Below are positions 14,534 to 27,429 of a DNA stretch of 64,000 bases, piece by piece. This DNA is from Eledone cirrhosa (taxonomy: Eukaryota), in assembly GCA_964016885.1 (NCBI GenBank), contig OZ024741.1, forward strand, positions 397,420,001-397,484,000, written 5' to 3'. Each line of letters begins with the position of its first letter. The stretch's first letter is position 1. Under the pieces are notes generated by a model. The model did no database searches. It saw nothing but the letters and a program-made list of their open reading frames with translations, and was not told where the DNA came from. Position numbers and translations under genes: made by a program.

Positions 14534-15086
14534 TAGAATTGGTGCTCTGAAATAGCGATATATATATGAATGTATATACAGTGTATTTTGCAATACACTG
14601 TATGCTTAATTAAAAGCATTTCGAAGACCTTACGCTATTGTTTTAGAGTCGTGACAGTCTCATTTACTTTAAATTTTCAGCAAACAGGGGAGATAAAACT
14701 GTCAGAGCTCTGTTTCGTACTTTTAATTAAGCATACAGTGTATTGCAAAATACACTATATATACATTCATATATATATCGCTATTTCAGAGCACCAATTC
14801 TAATTTTCAATTTCTGCTTGACCGGAAACCGCTCTGTATAATTAGTTACTAATTATTACTAGAATTCTATAAGAATCAAACATTCATGATTTTCAGCAAA
14901 CAGGTGGAGTAGTTTAGCTTTGATAAGTACCAAAAAGTACGAAACAGAGCTCTGTCAGCTTTATCTCCCCTGTTTGCTGAAAATTTAAAGTAAGTGAGAC
15001 TGTCACTACTCTAAAACAATAGCGTAAGGTCTTCGAAATGCTTTTAATTAAGCATACAGTGTATTGCAAAATACACTATATATACA

Positions 15087-15090
<4 letters not shown>
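14532..15090. mobile_element. Fold-back (inverted) repeat cassette between TA tracts, probable Penelope pLTR relic
   Basis: 14532-14612 is inverted at about 14724-14804; 14560-14724 is inverted at about 14933-15090; flanked by (TA)n. Confidence 0.55.
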
Positions 15091-15126
<36 letters not shown>

Positions 15127-15132
<6 letters not shown>

Positions 15133-15307
15133 AATTCCGCTATACCGAAATTCACGGGGTATAAAAAATTCGTTGTAAACAAAAATTCTTTATAACGAGA
15201 TCGACCTAACACATCGAGCGTATGGCTGGGCATTTCGTGGATTGAAAATGATTTCGTTATACTGAAAAATTCGTTAAAATGGTATTCGTTATAACGGAAT
15301 TTTACCT
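15127..15307. mobile_element. Tigger/pogo-like MITE
   Basis: TIR-like ends AGTGAAATTCCGCTATACCGAA / TTCGTTATAACGGAATTTTAC; a second copy in opposite orientation at 20357-20528. Confidence 0.75.
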
Positions 15308-15340
15308 TTGTATGTATATATATATGTGTGCGTGTGTGTG

Positions 15341-15380
<40 letters not shown>

Positions 15381-15384
<4 letters not shown>

Positions 15385-15450
15385 TTCGATTCCCAGACCG
15401 GGCGATGCGTTATGTCCTTGAGCAAGACTCTTTATTTCACGTTGCTCCTA
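15381..15450 (+). mobile_element. tRNA-derived SINE fragment
   Basis: B-box GAGTTCGATTCC followed by GTCCTTGAGCAAGAC-CTTTATTTCACGTTGCTCC core shared with 27430-28410 and 58836-58940. Confidence 0.7.
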
Positions 15451-15920
15451 CCTGGAGTTGCGACCGATAGATAGTATTAGCAATTGGAAAGACCAACGGA
15501 AACATTGCTTCCTCGGTCCGATTGGCGAAAGTCGATCGTTCTTTTATATATATATATATACATATATATATGTAATAATATATAATCTATTAACAAACCA
15601 CATGTACTACATAAAATACCCCAGGAGCCGCAGCCAATAAAATATACAATTGCCTTAATGAAAATATCAGCTGCCAATTTCAAAATGACAGCCAATTAAC
15701 TAATTATATGAAAGAAATGGTGAAACATAATTCCAATTATATAAAAGAATTGGTAAAATTTAACTCCATAGTATGCAGGATATTTTAACTAAGTATAATG
15801 TTCTGTGACAATTACACATTTATTTAAGGAACTGATGAATATAAAAATCCTGTGTATGAATACACAGGCACTCACACGTACATCCATACATGTATACATT
15901 TTATATCAAAAACCTCGCAA

Positions 15921-15994
<74 letters not shown>

Positions 15995-16004
<10 letters not shown>

Positions 16005-17330
16005 TTGCGAGGTTTTTGATATAAAATCGTGTGTCGAAACAAATTGTTATACTTGTGGAGGGTCATATTGTTGTAATAATATTGCCAGAAATAATAACAG
16101 AACACTCTCACTGTTTGGTTGGTTTTCGCTTCTGTATCTTTTATATCTCCACAGTTAATTCATTCGGTCCTCAATGTCTATCATAGACTGACCAACGGTC
16201 AAAAATACAGATATAATATAGACATAAACACATGTATATAGTCTAACAAAGTTCTTTCGTTGCACATCTGCAACATCATCAGTGGTGCTATTATGTTCCT
16301 TCTGTTGTATTGTATGTCTACGCCATTTTTATTTTATCTTTTTATTTATTTATTTATTTTTGTCTTCTTCTCTGCGCATGCGTTTGCGTGTGTGTATAGT
16401 GTTAGGTGTGTGTTCGCGTTTGGGTGACTGTGTTTTGGTTATTGTATTCTATCTATGCGGTTGATGAAGTGTTGGATGTGTCTTTCCATTTCAGTTGGGT
16501 CGCACATGTGGGACACGTTCTTCATCACTTGTACCAAGTCTGCGATCAGAATATTAAACTTAGCACTACTGGACATTGCTGAGTTTTTGAGTATTAGGTA
16601 TTTGAAGGCCATGCGTTTAGCGTAGTCTGAGTGGAGAATTTGGGCCCTCTCGTCTATAGTGTTAATCCAGAATACAGGTAGTCTACTGTTAGGGTGTTTG
16701 GAAGGGTGGTCGATAGTTACAGTTATACTCTGGTGTATGGAGTTAGCTATCTGCTGGATGCTTTCCATTGTGCTACATTCTAAATCATATTTGTTAGTAC
16801 TCTCTTGTAACCAGAGTACCTAATGAGGTCTATGGAGCTCTCACCAAGGAGATCTTTGAGTCTCCATTCCCACCATACCTTAAAAATGTTGGCAACGTCA
16901 CCAGCTATGCTGACGCCAATGGCTGCTCCCTCATTTTGGGTGTAGATCTTTTCGTTGAATTTGAATATATGGCCCTTTAGGGTAGTTTTAATACTAGCCC
17001 CTATTGTATGCGTGACCATTTTTTCTTACCTGATCATTGTTTTGGGGGTCCGTATGGCTTTGGTCCACCCAATCCACCTTCCCATGGGAGTCTTTTTTGC
17101 CATTGAGGTTATGGTGGGGGTCTACCTCTTATGGGTCTACTGGGGCAGAAACTGCTAAGATTATGGCTGTCTAGGTACTCGGTGTCATAGGTAAGTCTAA
17201 GTAGGAGGCCCAGTTCATCTGTGTTGACGTCGCAGAACTCCACCTCACTCTCACTGATCATCTCCACACATTTTTCCACAGCAAAATCAATGTTAATGGA
17301 TGGGTTTAGTGATACCACGTCCATACTGCC
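15995..17330 (-). mobile_element. Degenerate, internally deleted Penelope-like element (same family as 34533-37290)
   Basis: Minus ORF pieces MDVVSLNPSI, QNEGAAIGVSIAGDVAN, TIDHPSKHPNSRLPV align with the 35646-37049 ORF; GIY-YIG region absent; pLTR with hammerhead at 16245. Confidence 0.9.
16245..16286 (-). ncRNA. Type I hammerhead ribozyme motif
   Basis: Minus: ACCA CUGAUGA U GUUGCA GAUG UGCAAC GAAA GAAC UU UGUU; 6-bp stem II, stem I with one mismatch. Confidence 0.75.
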
Positions 17331-17407
17331 TATATATATATATTTCTGGTCCAGAAATAGCTGTCGAAACGGTTTGGGCTCTGCCGTCGGGGTTCTGACT
17401 CTTTTCC

Positions 17408-17829
<422 letters not shown>

Positions 17830-17980
17830 ACACGGGTGTGTATGATTGTGAATAGAAGATTATATTAATAAAAGGAATTCCAACTTTGTCTGATTTACTC
17901 GTTTTATTTACAATCCTTTAAAATTTATAATGGTATTAGAATGAAATAGTATGGTAGAATATTAAATGTTAAGTGTTAAT

Positions 17981-18019
17981 TGAACAAATACTTTCATGCT
18001 TTCGCATTCTTCAGGTTCA
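17981..18019 (-). ncRNA. Minimal type I hammerhead ribozyme
   Basis: Minus: UGAAC CUGAAGA AUGC GAAA GCAU GAAA GUAU UU GUUCA; 5-bp stem I, 4-bp stem II with GAAA loop. Confidence 0.8.
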
Positions 18020-18097
18020 TAAAGTGTGGTGACAGTCAAGTTTGCAATTTTCAACTGTTGAAAATTGCAAACTTGACTGTCACCACACTTGACTGTC

Positions 18098-18383
18098 ACC
18101 TGTATGTTTTGTGAAGGTACGTATACTTTCTCGTACGAATATTTGATTGTATATGTTATGGCGTATAATTTTATATATTCTGGTACATATGGTTTGGTTT
18201 GTGTATACGGGAGTTTTGCGTCTGTGTGAGTATGCGGGTTCGTACGTGTATATGTGTACTTCATGTTTTGGTTGACTTACGTTTCCGAACATTTGTGTAT
18301 TTACATGTAGGTATGTGTGTGCGCTTGTTATATACGTATTCATTTATTTATATACGTTTATTTAATTATTTATTTATTTGTAT

Positions 18384-18425
<42 letters not shown>

Positions 18426-18972
18426 TTATATGTGCGTGGTTTTGTATACCTATGGTAAGTGTTTTCGCGTATGCTTGTGTATGTACGTATTTGTATGCGT
18501 GTATGTATTTATTTAATTTCTATTACCTCTGTATTGTATTTATTAACTTTGTTCTTAACTCTGTAGCGGAGATTCATTCGGTCTCCTAGTTAGAATTTTA
18601 GTCTACGACTTCTGCTATACCATTTACGTGGTTTTGTCTTTGCGTGCAATTGCTCTCTACGCTCCACATATGACGTATTATCTTCGTTTTTTTTCGTTCA
18701 TTACCAGAGAACGTCTCTATGAATCACCTAAGAGAACATTAGTCTACGACCTCTTTTATACCATAAACGTGGTTCTGTCTTTGCGCGTAATTGTTTTTCA
18801 CCGCTCCTATTAATGACGTATTATATTCGTTTTTTCCCGTTCTTTGCCAGGGAACGTTTCCACGAACCAAAGTATCGTCTTCCTGTCTTCCTCCGGTTGC
18901 AACGTTTTTTGAAATATCCACTTCTGCGTTTACAGATTGACTTTGTTAGTTTCAGAAGATCCCGTTAAGGGA
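18098..18972 (+). mobile_element. Solo 3'UTR/pLTR of the Naiad-like Penelope family
   Basis: Colinear with 49355-50210; ends at stem II of the hammerhead motif (CAGAAGATCCCGTTAAGGG) then TA. Confidence 0.9.
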
Positions 18973-19324
18973 TATATATACGGGATAACAGGTTATCGTT
19001 ATAGGTAGTCCACTTAGATGTAGTCCAGTTAGGGTACTCCGTGTAGTGGATAGTATTAACGTGCGGCTTAGTTTGACTCAACAAGACGTTTCCATAGTGA
19101 TGCTGCGAGTTCGCGGTGATTTCTATGTAGTTTACACTTGGAGTAATAATAAATCAAGAAAGAAGAGTGACATGGTTCGCTATACAATAAGGGCTTTATT
19201 CACATTGCTGACAATTGTTTCTTTGATCTGGCAGGTCTAGAGTTCGATATACGCCTGATTATGCGCCAATCGATCTCAAATACTTTGTTTATACCAGTTG
19301 ACTGGTTATAAACAAAGTATTGGA

Positions 19325-19700
19325 GATCATTGTTATATATACAGGCCTGACCTGACATGTGAGACCTGTAAGAGGGTTTGTCTGAGCATGGCAGGTCTAA
19401 AGAGTCACCTGAGAGTGCACACTGAGAGTGCACAAGAACAGGGAAGCAGGCACCTGTGGAGCTATAAGTGTTCATCAGACGACGACATGTAATGTTTGTG
19501 GAAGGGTATGCAGGTCGAGTAGTAATCTCACACGACACCTTGGGTCACATGGTACCATGGACCCAGCACTAGGTGTCAATAATTGTCACAAGTGTTGTGT
19601 TTGTACCAGAGTTTTCAAGTCGCTGGCTGGACTAAAAAGCCACACTCGTTCAGCACATCGGTAGGGGTTCTCCTACATGGATATAAAGTGGTGACCACTA
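19325..19700 (+). mobile_element. 3' end of an RTE-type LINE with three C2H2 fingers
   Basis: CETCKRVCLSMAGLKSHLRVH, CNVCGRVCRSSSNLTRHLGSH, CCVCTRVFKSLAGLKSHTRSAH with a frameshift; no TGEKP linkers; second copy at 52225-52380. Confidence 0.7.
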
Positions 19701-20229
19701 CTTTATATCCATTTAGGAGAATCCCTACCGATGCGCTGAACGAGTTGCCTCCATCACAGAATCATGGATCAACTAAGCACTCTTGCTATATTAACACATT
19801 TTGATCTGCTTAACTTCAATGACTTTGCTTGTAAATAACATTATCTTTTCTTCCACATTGACTTTTTATGTTCTACATTATGCACGTTCTTTTTCCTTTT
19901 TCTTTTTCCTTTTCACTTCATAAACCTTGTTTGAAAATAACATTATTCTTTCTGCACCTTCTGTTTAACATGTGCGACACCACACTAATACATTTCTCTA
20001 TCATTTGATAATGCATAAAAATACTGAAACCGGTAATAGACAATAATTAAATAGATAAATAGATAAATAAATGCCATTGTTAAATAATAAATAAATCAAC
20101 TAATACCTTAACACTTCACACAAAGTAAAACATTTCGTTTTAATCATTTTCTAACCCAGAAAAAAGAGAGAGAGAAACAAAAAAGGAAAAAAATATATTT
20201 TTCTTCCTAATAATCGTCTCTTTCTCCGT

Positions 20230-20265
<36 letters not shown>

Positions 20266-20356
20266 TCAAAGAAAGCCAGTATGGCTATGTCTTTAGAATA
20301 TGAATTCTAGAATAAAGACAATGGAAAAAAACAACGGAAAAACATATGTATGTAAA

Positions 20357-20528
20357 CAGGTGAAATTCCGTTATAACGAATACCATTATAACGAATTTTT
20401 CAGTATAACGAAATTTTTCTACCAACGAGGCCACACGATGTGTTAGGTCGATCTCGTTATAAAGAATTTTTCATTACAATGAATTAATTTTTATACCCCG
20501 TCAATTTCGTTATAACGGAATTTCACTG
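20357..20528. mobile_element. Tigger/pogo-like MITE
   Basis: TIRs CAGGTGAAATTCCGTTATAACGAA / TTCGTTATAACGGAATTTCACTG. Confidence 0.8.
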
Positions 20529-20614
20529 TGTATATATATATATATATTCGAAGTCGATAAAAAAAGTACCAGTCAAGTTTTGGGGTCGATTCTTCCTCTA
20601 TATCTCTTTCTTAC

Positions 20615-20667
<53 letters not shown>

Positions 20668-20807
20668 AAGAAATCTGCTGTATTCAAACCTGGTGAGGAG
20701 ATATGCTCCGTCAGGTTTTAAACTTGCCCTAGAAACGCCATATGGCACCCCTACAACTCCCCTAGGAATTAGGGATCCATACATACAAAGATAAATACAT
20801 TTTTATA

Positions 20808-21266
20808 TACTCTCGGGTCTCGAATAATTTTTCCCCCACCGTTTATTAAATTTTGCTAATCTATCTCCAGTGAAATTTTATTTTAAGTGGTAGCATTCCT
20901 GCGACAACAAAAAATATATTACTAGAAATCCCATACATTATAAAATAGATAGGAAGGGTTGGGGTCTCAATATGTAAACTAAACGACTAATTCTGGTTTT
21001 TTAAAATATCGACGGAGATAACCGAAAAAAATTACCCATCCCCACTTATTCCAGCTCCCAGCTCCTCCTCCGCTTATTCCCCTCCCCTATTATTTGGGAC
21101 CCTAGAGAACTTTTCTTTAGTCACTAAAAAACATTATATATGACAAAAAAAAAATATTACTAGAAATCCCATACATTATAAAGTGTTGGGGTCTCAACAT
21201 GCAAACTAAACAACTAAATCACCCCCACCCCAATCCCTTCCTCTATTATTTGGGTTCCTAAAGTAG
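20808..21266. mobile_element. Tc1/mariner-superfamily-like MITE plus partial duplicate
   Basis: TACTCTCGGGTCTCGAATAAT ... ATTATTTGGGACCCTAGAG (about 21108); internal segment repeated at 21145-21266. Confidence 0.55.
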
Positions 21267-21404
21267 AAATAAGATTGAATGAGATGTCAGTTTTAGCCTG
21301 AGTTAAGGCTAAATATGGCAACGTCTGTTGTTTTATTGCTTCTGTTCTTCATCTCAAACAATATAGTATTGTGTTATAGAGAAAGATTTCCATCTACAAT
21401 AATA

Positions 21405-21830
21405 ATTGTTTCTACTACAAGGCCAGCAATTATCCCAGTGTATTACTGGTACTTTATTTTATCGACGCTCTAAGGATGAAAGGCAAAGTGAACCTCGGTG
21501 GGATCTGATCTTAGAACGTAAAAGGGCCGTAACTATGTGCTTCAAAGCATGGTGTCCGATGCTCTACCGATTCTGCCAAGCCACTACCCAGTTATGGTTA
21601 AATATTGGTTTCTTATATAGGCACAAGGCCACCAATTTTGGGAGAGGGGAAGTCGATTAAATCGACCCCAAGGCTTGACTGGTACTTTATTTTATCGACC
21701 CCGTAAGCTGGAAAGGCAAAGTTAACATCGGTGGGATTTGAACTCAGAGCGTAAAGGACCGTAACTCTATGCCATAAAGCATGGTGTCCGACGCTTTACC
21801 GATTCCTGCTAGTCCACTACCCAGTTATGG
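21405..21830 (-). mobile_element. Two tandem octopod-type tRNA-derived SINEs
   Basis: ACTGGTACTTTATTTTATCGACCCCGTAAGGATGAAAGGCAAAGTTAACCTCGGCGGGATTTGAACTC core, recurring more than 12 times in the window. Confidence 0.85.
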
Positions 21831-21914
21831 TTAAATATTGATAGTTCTGTTGTTTTTTTACTGCTTCTGGCCTCATCACAAACAATATAGTATTGCTATA
21901 TTGTAGAGAAGGAT

Positions 21915-23960
21915 TTCCAGCGAGCGCCGCCTTCTGAGTGCAATTGTGGCTCTCACCAATAGGCTCATCCATGGCGCCCTGGACCCTTACGCCCGAGGCC
22001 TCTTTTTTTTCGGCCAGCCTCACCACTCTCAGGAAGAAAGAGAGTGGCATATTGCTGTAGGCAATGTCTTCCGGAGGCTGGCTGCCAATGTGATCTGCAA
22101 GTCCGTAACACACAAACTGGGTGTCGGCGTGTCCGGTGGCTGTGAGGGGGCCGTCATGCAACCAGGCAGTTCTTCAACAGCTGTCCATCGGAACCGGCAT
22201 CCGGGGACTCCAGGCAATCATTGTCAAGCTTGACATCAGGAATGCCTTAAACTGCTTGCGCCGAGACCATCTGCTCGAGGCCTGCCTCAGCCGAGCCCCC
22301 TCTGCCTACCCGCTGGCCTACCTGTCGTATGGAGCCTCGAGCATGTTCCTTGCTGCTGATACGGTCATACCCTCGGCTACTGGGGTCCAACAGGGCGACC
22401 CTTTGGGACCGCTCCTGTTCGCCCTTGGTATTGATCACATCGCCCGGAGTATCACGGCCCCTCTCAACGTTTGGTATCTGGATGATGCTACGTTGAGCGG
22501 CCCATACCAACTGTCTGCCATGACCTTCAATCAGTGGTCCCTGCCCTGGCGGGAATCGGCCTCCAGGTCAACTCGGCCAAGTCGGAGGTGGTGAATGTCA
22601 GCCTCGATGCTGAGAGTTTTGCAGCCTCTGTCTTGGACGTGCAGTCCATTCTCCACCAGGTTCAGGTGACCCCCAAAGAGGATGTCTTCATCCTCGGGTC
22701 ACCGATCCACCCACCGGCCATCCGTTCCACCATCAGGTCCAGGCTTCAATAACTCCAGACTCTCACGAGCCGACTGGGCGTGATTGACGGCCACCCAGCT
22801 CTCTTTCTGCTGAGGAACTGCTTCGCCATACCGAAAACTCCTCTATACCCTTCGCAGCGCTCCGTGCTACACCCACACATCTCTCCTCGCTGACCTCGAT
22901 ACTTGTATCTGAGCAGCAGCCGAGGAGATATGCAACGTCAAGTTTGACGACATAGGGTGGCAACAGGCCATTTTACCTGTCAGGTATGGCGGTCTTGGCC
23001 TCCGGTCCCCGATCTTACTAGCCTTTCCAGCGTATCTTTCGTCGATAACCTCGTGCCACGTCCTCGTCAGCAGGGTTCTTCAAAACACAACAGAACCCTC
23101 TGTGTTCAGAGAACGTGAGGCCGCCTCTGACACGTGGGACCGGCTGGGACTTAGCCCAGTAGACGTCCCTCCTCCTTCTCCCCCTGTTGACGTCAAGTCC
23201 GCCAAAGCACTTGGGATGCCATCGAGTGCAACCTGGCCTCAGACAGGCTCACGCGCCAGCTCAACCAGCACCGCCTTGCTTGTTTTCATGCGGCCTCCAA
23301 ACACCACAGTGGTGCCTGGCTCCATGTCCTGCCCTCCTTCTCCACTGACACGCAGTTAGACAACCATATCCTGCGCATCGGCGTTTCCATGAGGCTCGGC
23401 CTCCGGATCTGCCAGCCACACCAATGTCGCTGCGATTCCACCGTGGACTCTTTCGGCCTTCACCCGCTTTCCTGTCGCCACAGTGCCGGCCGCATTCCAC
23501 GCCATGCTGCCCTCAACGAGGTCATTAAGCATGGCTTGGAAGCTGCAGGCTTCCCTTCCCAGCTCGAGCCCATGGGGCTGGATTGAGGGGACGGCAAAAG
23601 GCCAGATGACCATCTTCCCGTTCCGCGGTGGCAAACCCCTCGTCTGGGATGCCATTTGCACCGACACTTTCTGCAGCCGCATCCTGGTGCAGTCTACGAC
23701 TGACCCAGGTTCTGCTGCACGTCGGGCCGAGGAGGCCAAACTCCTCAAATACCGGTCGCTCTCCGACAGGTTTGCGGTCGTACCCCTGGCAGTGGAGACT
23801 TCTGGTGTCCTCGGCCCCAGGGCTACCTCCTTACTCACCACCATAGGCGCTGAGCTGGCCAGCCGCAGGTGAGCCCCGCGAGTTGGAGTGGCTTTTCCAG
23901 TGCGTCTCCCTTGCCGCCCTCCGGGGAAACGCCTTCTCCATTCTGTCTGCCGGGGCTGTG
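21915..23960 (+). mobile_element. 5'-truncated, frameshifted CRE-clade non-LTR retrotransposon (RT + zinc knuckle + RLE)
   Basis: KLDIRNALN, GVQQGDPLGPLLFALGI, VWYLDDATL RT motifs; CRCDSTVDSFGLHPLSC...RHAALNEVI; PFRGGKPLVWDA...EEAKLLKY...PLAVETSG RLE domain. Confidence 0.9.
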
Positions 23961-24184
23961 GGTGGGTCCATGGCGTATCATTTTTGTAAATATGACAACA
24001 GTTTATGATTTGATTTTATTGTTGATATTACTTCTTTATGCATACAACGAGTTATGGAGCATCTCTTCAACATCGCCAGAACCAACGAGAAACATAGATT
24101 CCTCCTTGTGTTTCTTATTTATATAAGATAGGTCGTGTATTTCCTAAGGTCAGCATGATTGTGACTTTAGCTCTGAAGGTCATA

Positions 24185-24999
24185 ACTGTTGTTGTTGTTG
24201 GTGGTGGTGGTGGTGGTGGTATTGGTGGTGGTGTTGGTGGTGGTGTTGGTGGTGGTGGTCTGGTGGTAGTGGTGGTGGTGATGGTGGTGGTAGTGGTGGT
24301 GGTAGTGGTGGTGGTGGTGGTGGTAGTGGTGGTGGTGGTGGTAGTGCTGGTGGTGGTGGTAGTGGTGGTTGTGGTAGTGGTGGTTGTGGTAGTGGTGGTG
24401 GTAGTGATGGTGGTGGTGGTGGTAGTGGTGGTGGTAGTGGTGGTGGTGGTGGTGGTGGTAGTGGTCGTGGTAGTGGTCGTGGTGGTGTGGTAGTGGTGGT
24501 GGTGGTGGTGGTGGTGGTGGTGGTGGTGGTATTGGTGGTGGTGTTGGTGGTGGTGTTGGTGGTGGTGGTCTGGTGGTAGTGGTGGTGGTGATGGTGGTGA
24601 TAGTGGTGGTGGTAGTGGTGGTGGTAGTGGTGGTGGTGGTGGTGGTGGTGGTGGTGGTGGTGGTGGTGGTGGTGGTGGTAGTGCTGGTGGTGGTGGTAGT
24701 GGTGGTTGTGGTAGTGGTGGTGGTAGTGATGGTGGTGGTGGTGGTAGTGGTGGTGGTAGTGGTGGTGGTGGTGGTGGCGGTGGTAGTGGTGGTGGTAGTG
24801 GTGGTGGTGGTGGTGGTAGTGCTGGTGGTGGTGGTAGTGGTGGTGGTAGTGCTGATGATGGTGGTAGTGGTGGTGGTGGTTGTGGTAGTGGTGGTGGTGG
24901 TAGTGGTGGTGGTAGTGGTGGTGGTAGTGGTGGTGGTGATGGTGGTTGTAGTGGTGGTGGTGGTGGTAGTGGTGGTGGTGGTGTTGGTGGTGGTGGTGG
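24185..24999. repeat. (GGT/AGT)n trinucleotide tract
   Basis: About 800 bp of GGT with AGT/GAT/TGT interruptions; an internal block is duplicated (24200-24440 vs 24510-24770). Confidence 0.97.
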
Positions 25000-25254
25000 G
25001 AAAAATTTATCATCAAATGCATTCCAGCCCTGACCATTCTAAGGAAAATAGGATCACATTGTCCTCTTTTAAAGACGGTAGATTGTAATTTAAGGAAGAT
25101 TTGGCTGCTGTTTCTAGCAAATGGAATGGCTAGAGAGAAGGTCAATCGTAATATTTCTAGATTAAGATAACATTTAAGATAGAGAAAGGTCACAGCTATG
25201 GACTGGCAAATATTAATGTCACAAGAAAAGATTAAATAATAATAAACATATACA

Positions 25255-26070
25255 AAACAGTTCTGTTTATTACGGTAGGTTTTTGAAAATGACTATCTTA
25301 AGTTGAACTATGGAAGAAAATCAAAGATATAATTGAAACAGTTCTGTTTGTTGCGATAGGTCTTGGAGAAGGACGATTTTAAGTTTATCTATGGAAGAAA
25401 ATCAAAGATATAATTGAAACAGTTCTGTTTGTTACGATAGGTCAGTGAACTCAACCTTTTTTTGCCAACGGCACACCTTGGAACACATGAAAAAATAGCG
25501 GCACACCTGGCTAAATATATATATGTAAAATTTGAACTCTGAAAATTACACTATTTTTTAACCATTTTGGGTCATATCTCAGCATTAGGACTAGATGAAA
25601 AAGAAATATTTCATTTGTCTCAGTTTTAGAGGTAGATTCTACCATAAAAGTGAAAAATAGATGCATGATCTAAAAATTCTTTTTTTCTTCCTGATGGGAG
25701 GGGGGGGGGGGTCCCACCTTAAGACAAGTATTGACCAATATCCATTTATATAATCAATACTAATGACGAAGGAAATAATAAAAGATATAGAATTTTTAGT
25801 ATTGCGACATTTGGAAACATTTCGCTCAACCCTAAGTGAACAAAGCTATGTGGTGCAACATGTAACACCACAGACGGGGAATACTCAATTGGGATCACCT
25901 GGTTTTTGGCATTTTCTTAGTGCGCCGATCAAAATTTCGCGACCCACTTAGAAGATCTCGTGCCACACCTGTGTGTCGCGCGGCACACTGGTTGAGAATC
26001 ACTGCGATAGGTGTTGGAGAATGACGATCTTAAGTTTAACTATGGAAGAAAATCAAAGATATAATTGAAA
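25255..26070. repeat. 81-bp tandem repeat (3 units), third unit split by a hAT MITE
   Basis: AAACAGTTCTGTTT...GGAAGAAAATCAAAGATATAATTG units start at 25255, 25336, 25417 and resume at 26005. Confidence 0.85.
25443..26004. mobile_element. hAT (Charlie-like) MITE
   Basis: TIRs CAGTGAACTCAACC / GGTTGAGAATCACTG; perfect 8-bp TSD CGATAGGT at 25435-25442 and 26005-26012. Confidence 0.9.
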
Positions 26071-26144
26071 CCTTTAACAGCACGGTGGCGGTGCCCCAGC
26101 ATGGCCTCAGTCTCCCGGCTGGAACACGTAATAGAGTAATAGAG

Positions 26145-26937
26145 TAGTTTCTGATTTAGGCACAAGGCCAACAATTTGGGGGAAGAGGAGGGGAAAGTCC
26201 ATTAATTCAGCCCTAGTACTTGACTGATACTCTGTTTTATCGACCACAGAAGGATGAAAAGCAATGTTGACCACAGTGGGATTTGAACCCAGAACGTAAA
26301 GGGACGTAACTATATGCCGTAAAGAATAATAATGGTTTCTGATTTTAGATACAAGGCCAACAATTTTGGAAGAAGGGGGGTGTCGATTAAATCAACCCCA
26401 ATACGTTACTGGTACTTTATTTTATCGACTCTGTAAAGATGAAAGGCAAAACTAACCTCGGCGGGATTAGAACTCAGAGCATAAAGGGACGTGACTATAT
26501 ACCGTAAAGCAAAATAATGGTTTTTAATTTAGACACAAGGCCAACAATTTTGGGGAGGGGAACTTCATTAAATCGGCCCTAGTACTTGACTAATATTCTA
26601 TTTTATCGAACCCCAGAATATGAAAAGTAAAGTTGACCTCAGTGAGATTTGAAGCCAGAACTTAAAGAGCGGGAAAAAAAACACTACAAAGCATTTCGTC
26701 CGATGCTCTACCGACTCTATCAATCCACCTACCTTGTAGCCTTTAATATAATTGTTTCTACTTTTGGCACAAGGCCAGCAATTATCTCAGCGCATTACTG
26801 GTACTTTATTTTAACGACCCCGTAAGGATGAAAGGCAAAGTTAACCTCGGCGGGATTTGAACTCAGAATGGCAAGGGCCGTAACTCTATGCGTCAAAGAA
26901 TGGTGGCCGACCCTCTACTGATACTGCCAATCCTCCA
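26145..26937 (-). mobile_element. Head-to-tail array of four SINE copies
   Basis: Four diverged units each beginning GTTTC..TTAGGCACAAGGCCA and containing the SINE core. Confidence 0.85.
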
Positions 26938-27429
26938 TAATGAACCAAGTTTGGATGTTGTTTTTAACAATCTTAACTATAAACTGAAATCGAGGATATA
27001 ATCTTAATTTTGAACGTAATAAAACAATGTTATGAAGATTTGTAAATTTATGCAACAAAATAAAAATTATAAACGCGTAATTGACAAAAAATCCCGCTGG
27101 TATAAATGTTTATCGAGGTCAACTTTGCCTTTCATCTATTCGAGGTCAGTAAAAATGTACCAGTTTAGTTCTGGGGGTCGATTCTTCCTCTATATCTCTT
27201 TCACATCCCTTACCTTCTCTGGAAGAAATCTACTGTATTCTGGCCTGAAAGGGAGATGGGCTCCGTCAGGCTTTAAAAATGCCCTAGAAACACCTTATGT
27301 CGATACAGTGTCCCTGCAACTTCCCAAGGAGTTACTAGTCCTCACAATATCATAACTTGTATTTTTGTACAATTGAAAATAGTCTAAGTACAAAATGATC
27401 TATACTAGAAAACTACTTTTTACATAGTC

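Noticed and set aside
19298-19664. Host C2H2 zinc-finger gene
   Set aside because: Frameshifted, no TGEKP linkers, repeated elsewhere with the same 3'UTR; better explained as a LINE tail.
24155-25193. Poly-Val / His-Pro-Thr-rich ORFs up to 337 aa
   Set aside because: Translation of a (GGT)n tract; no splice or domain evidence.
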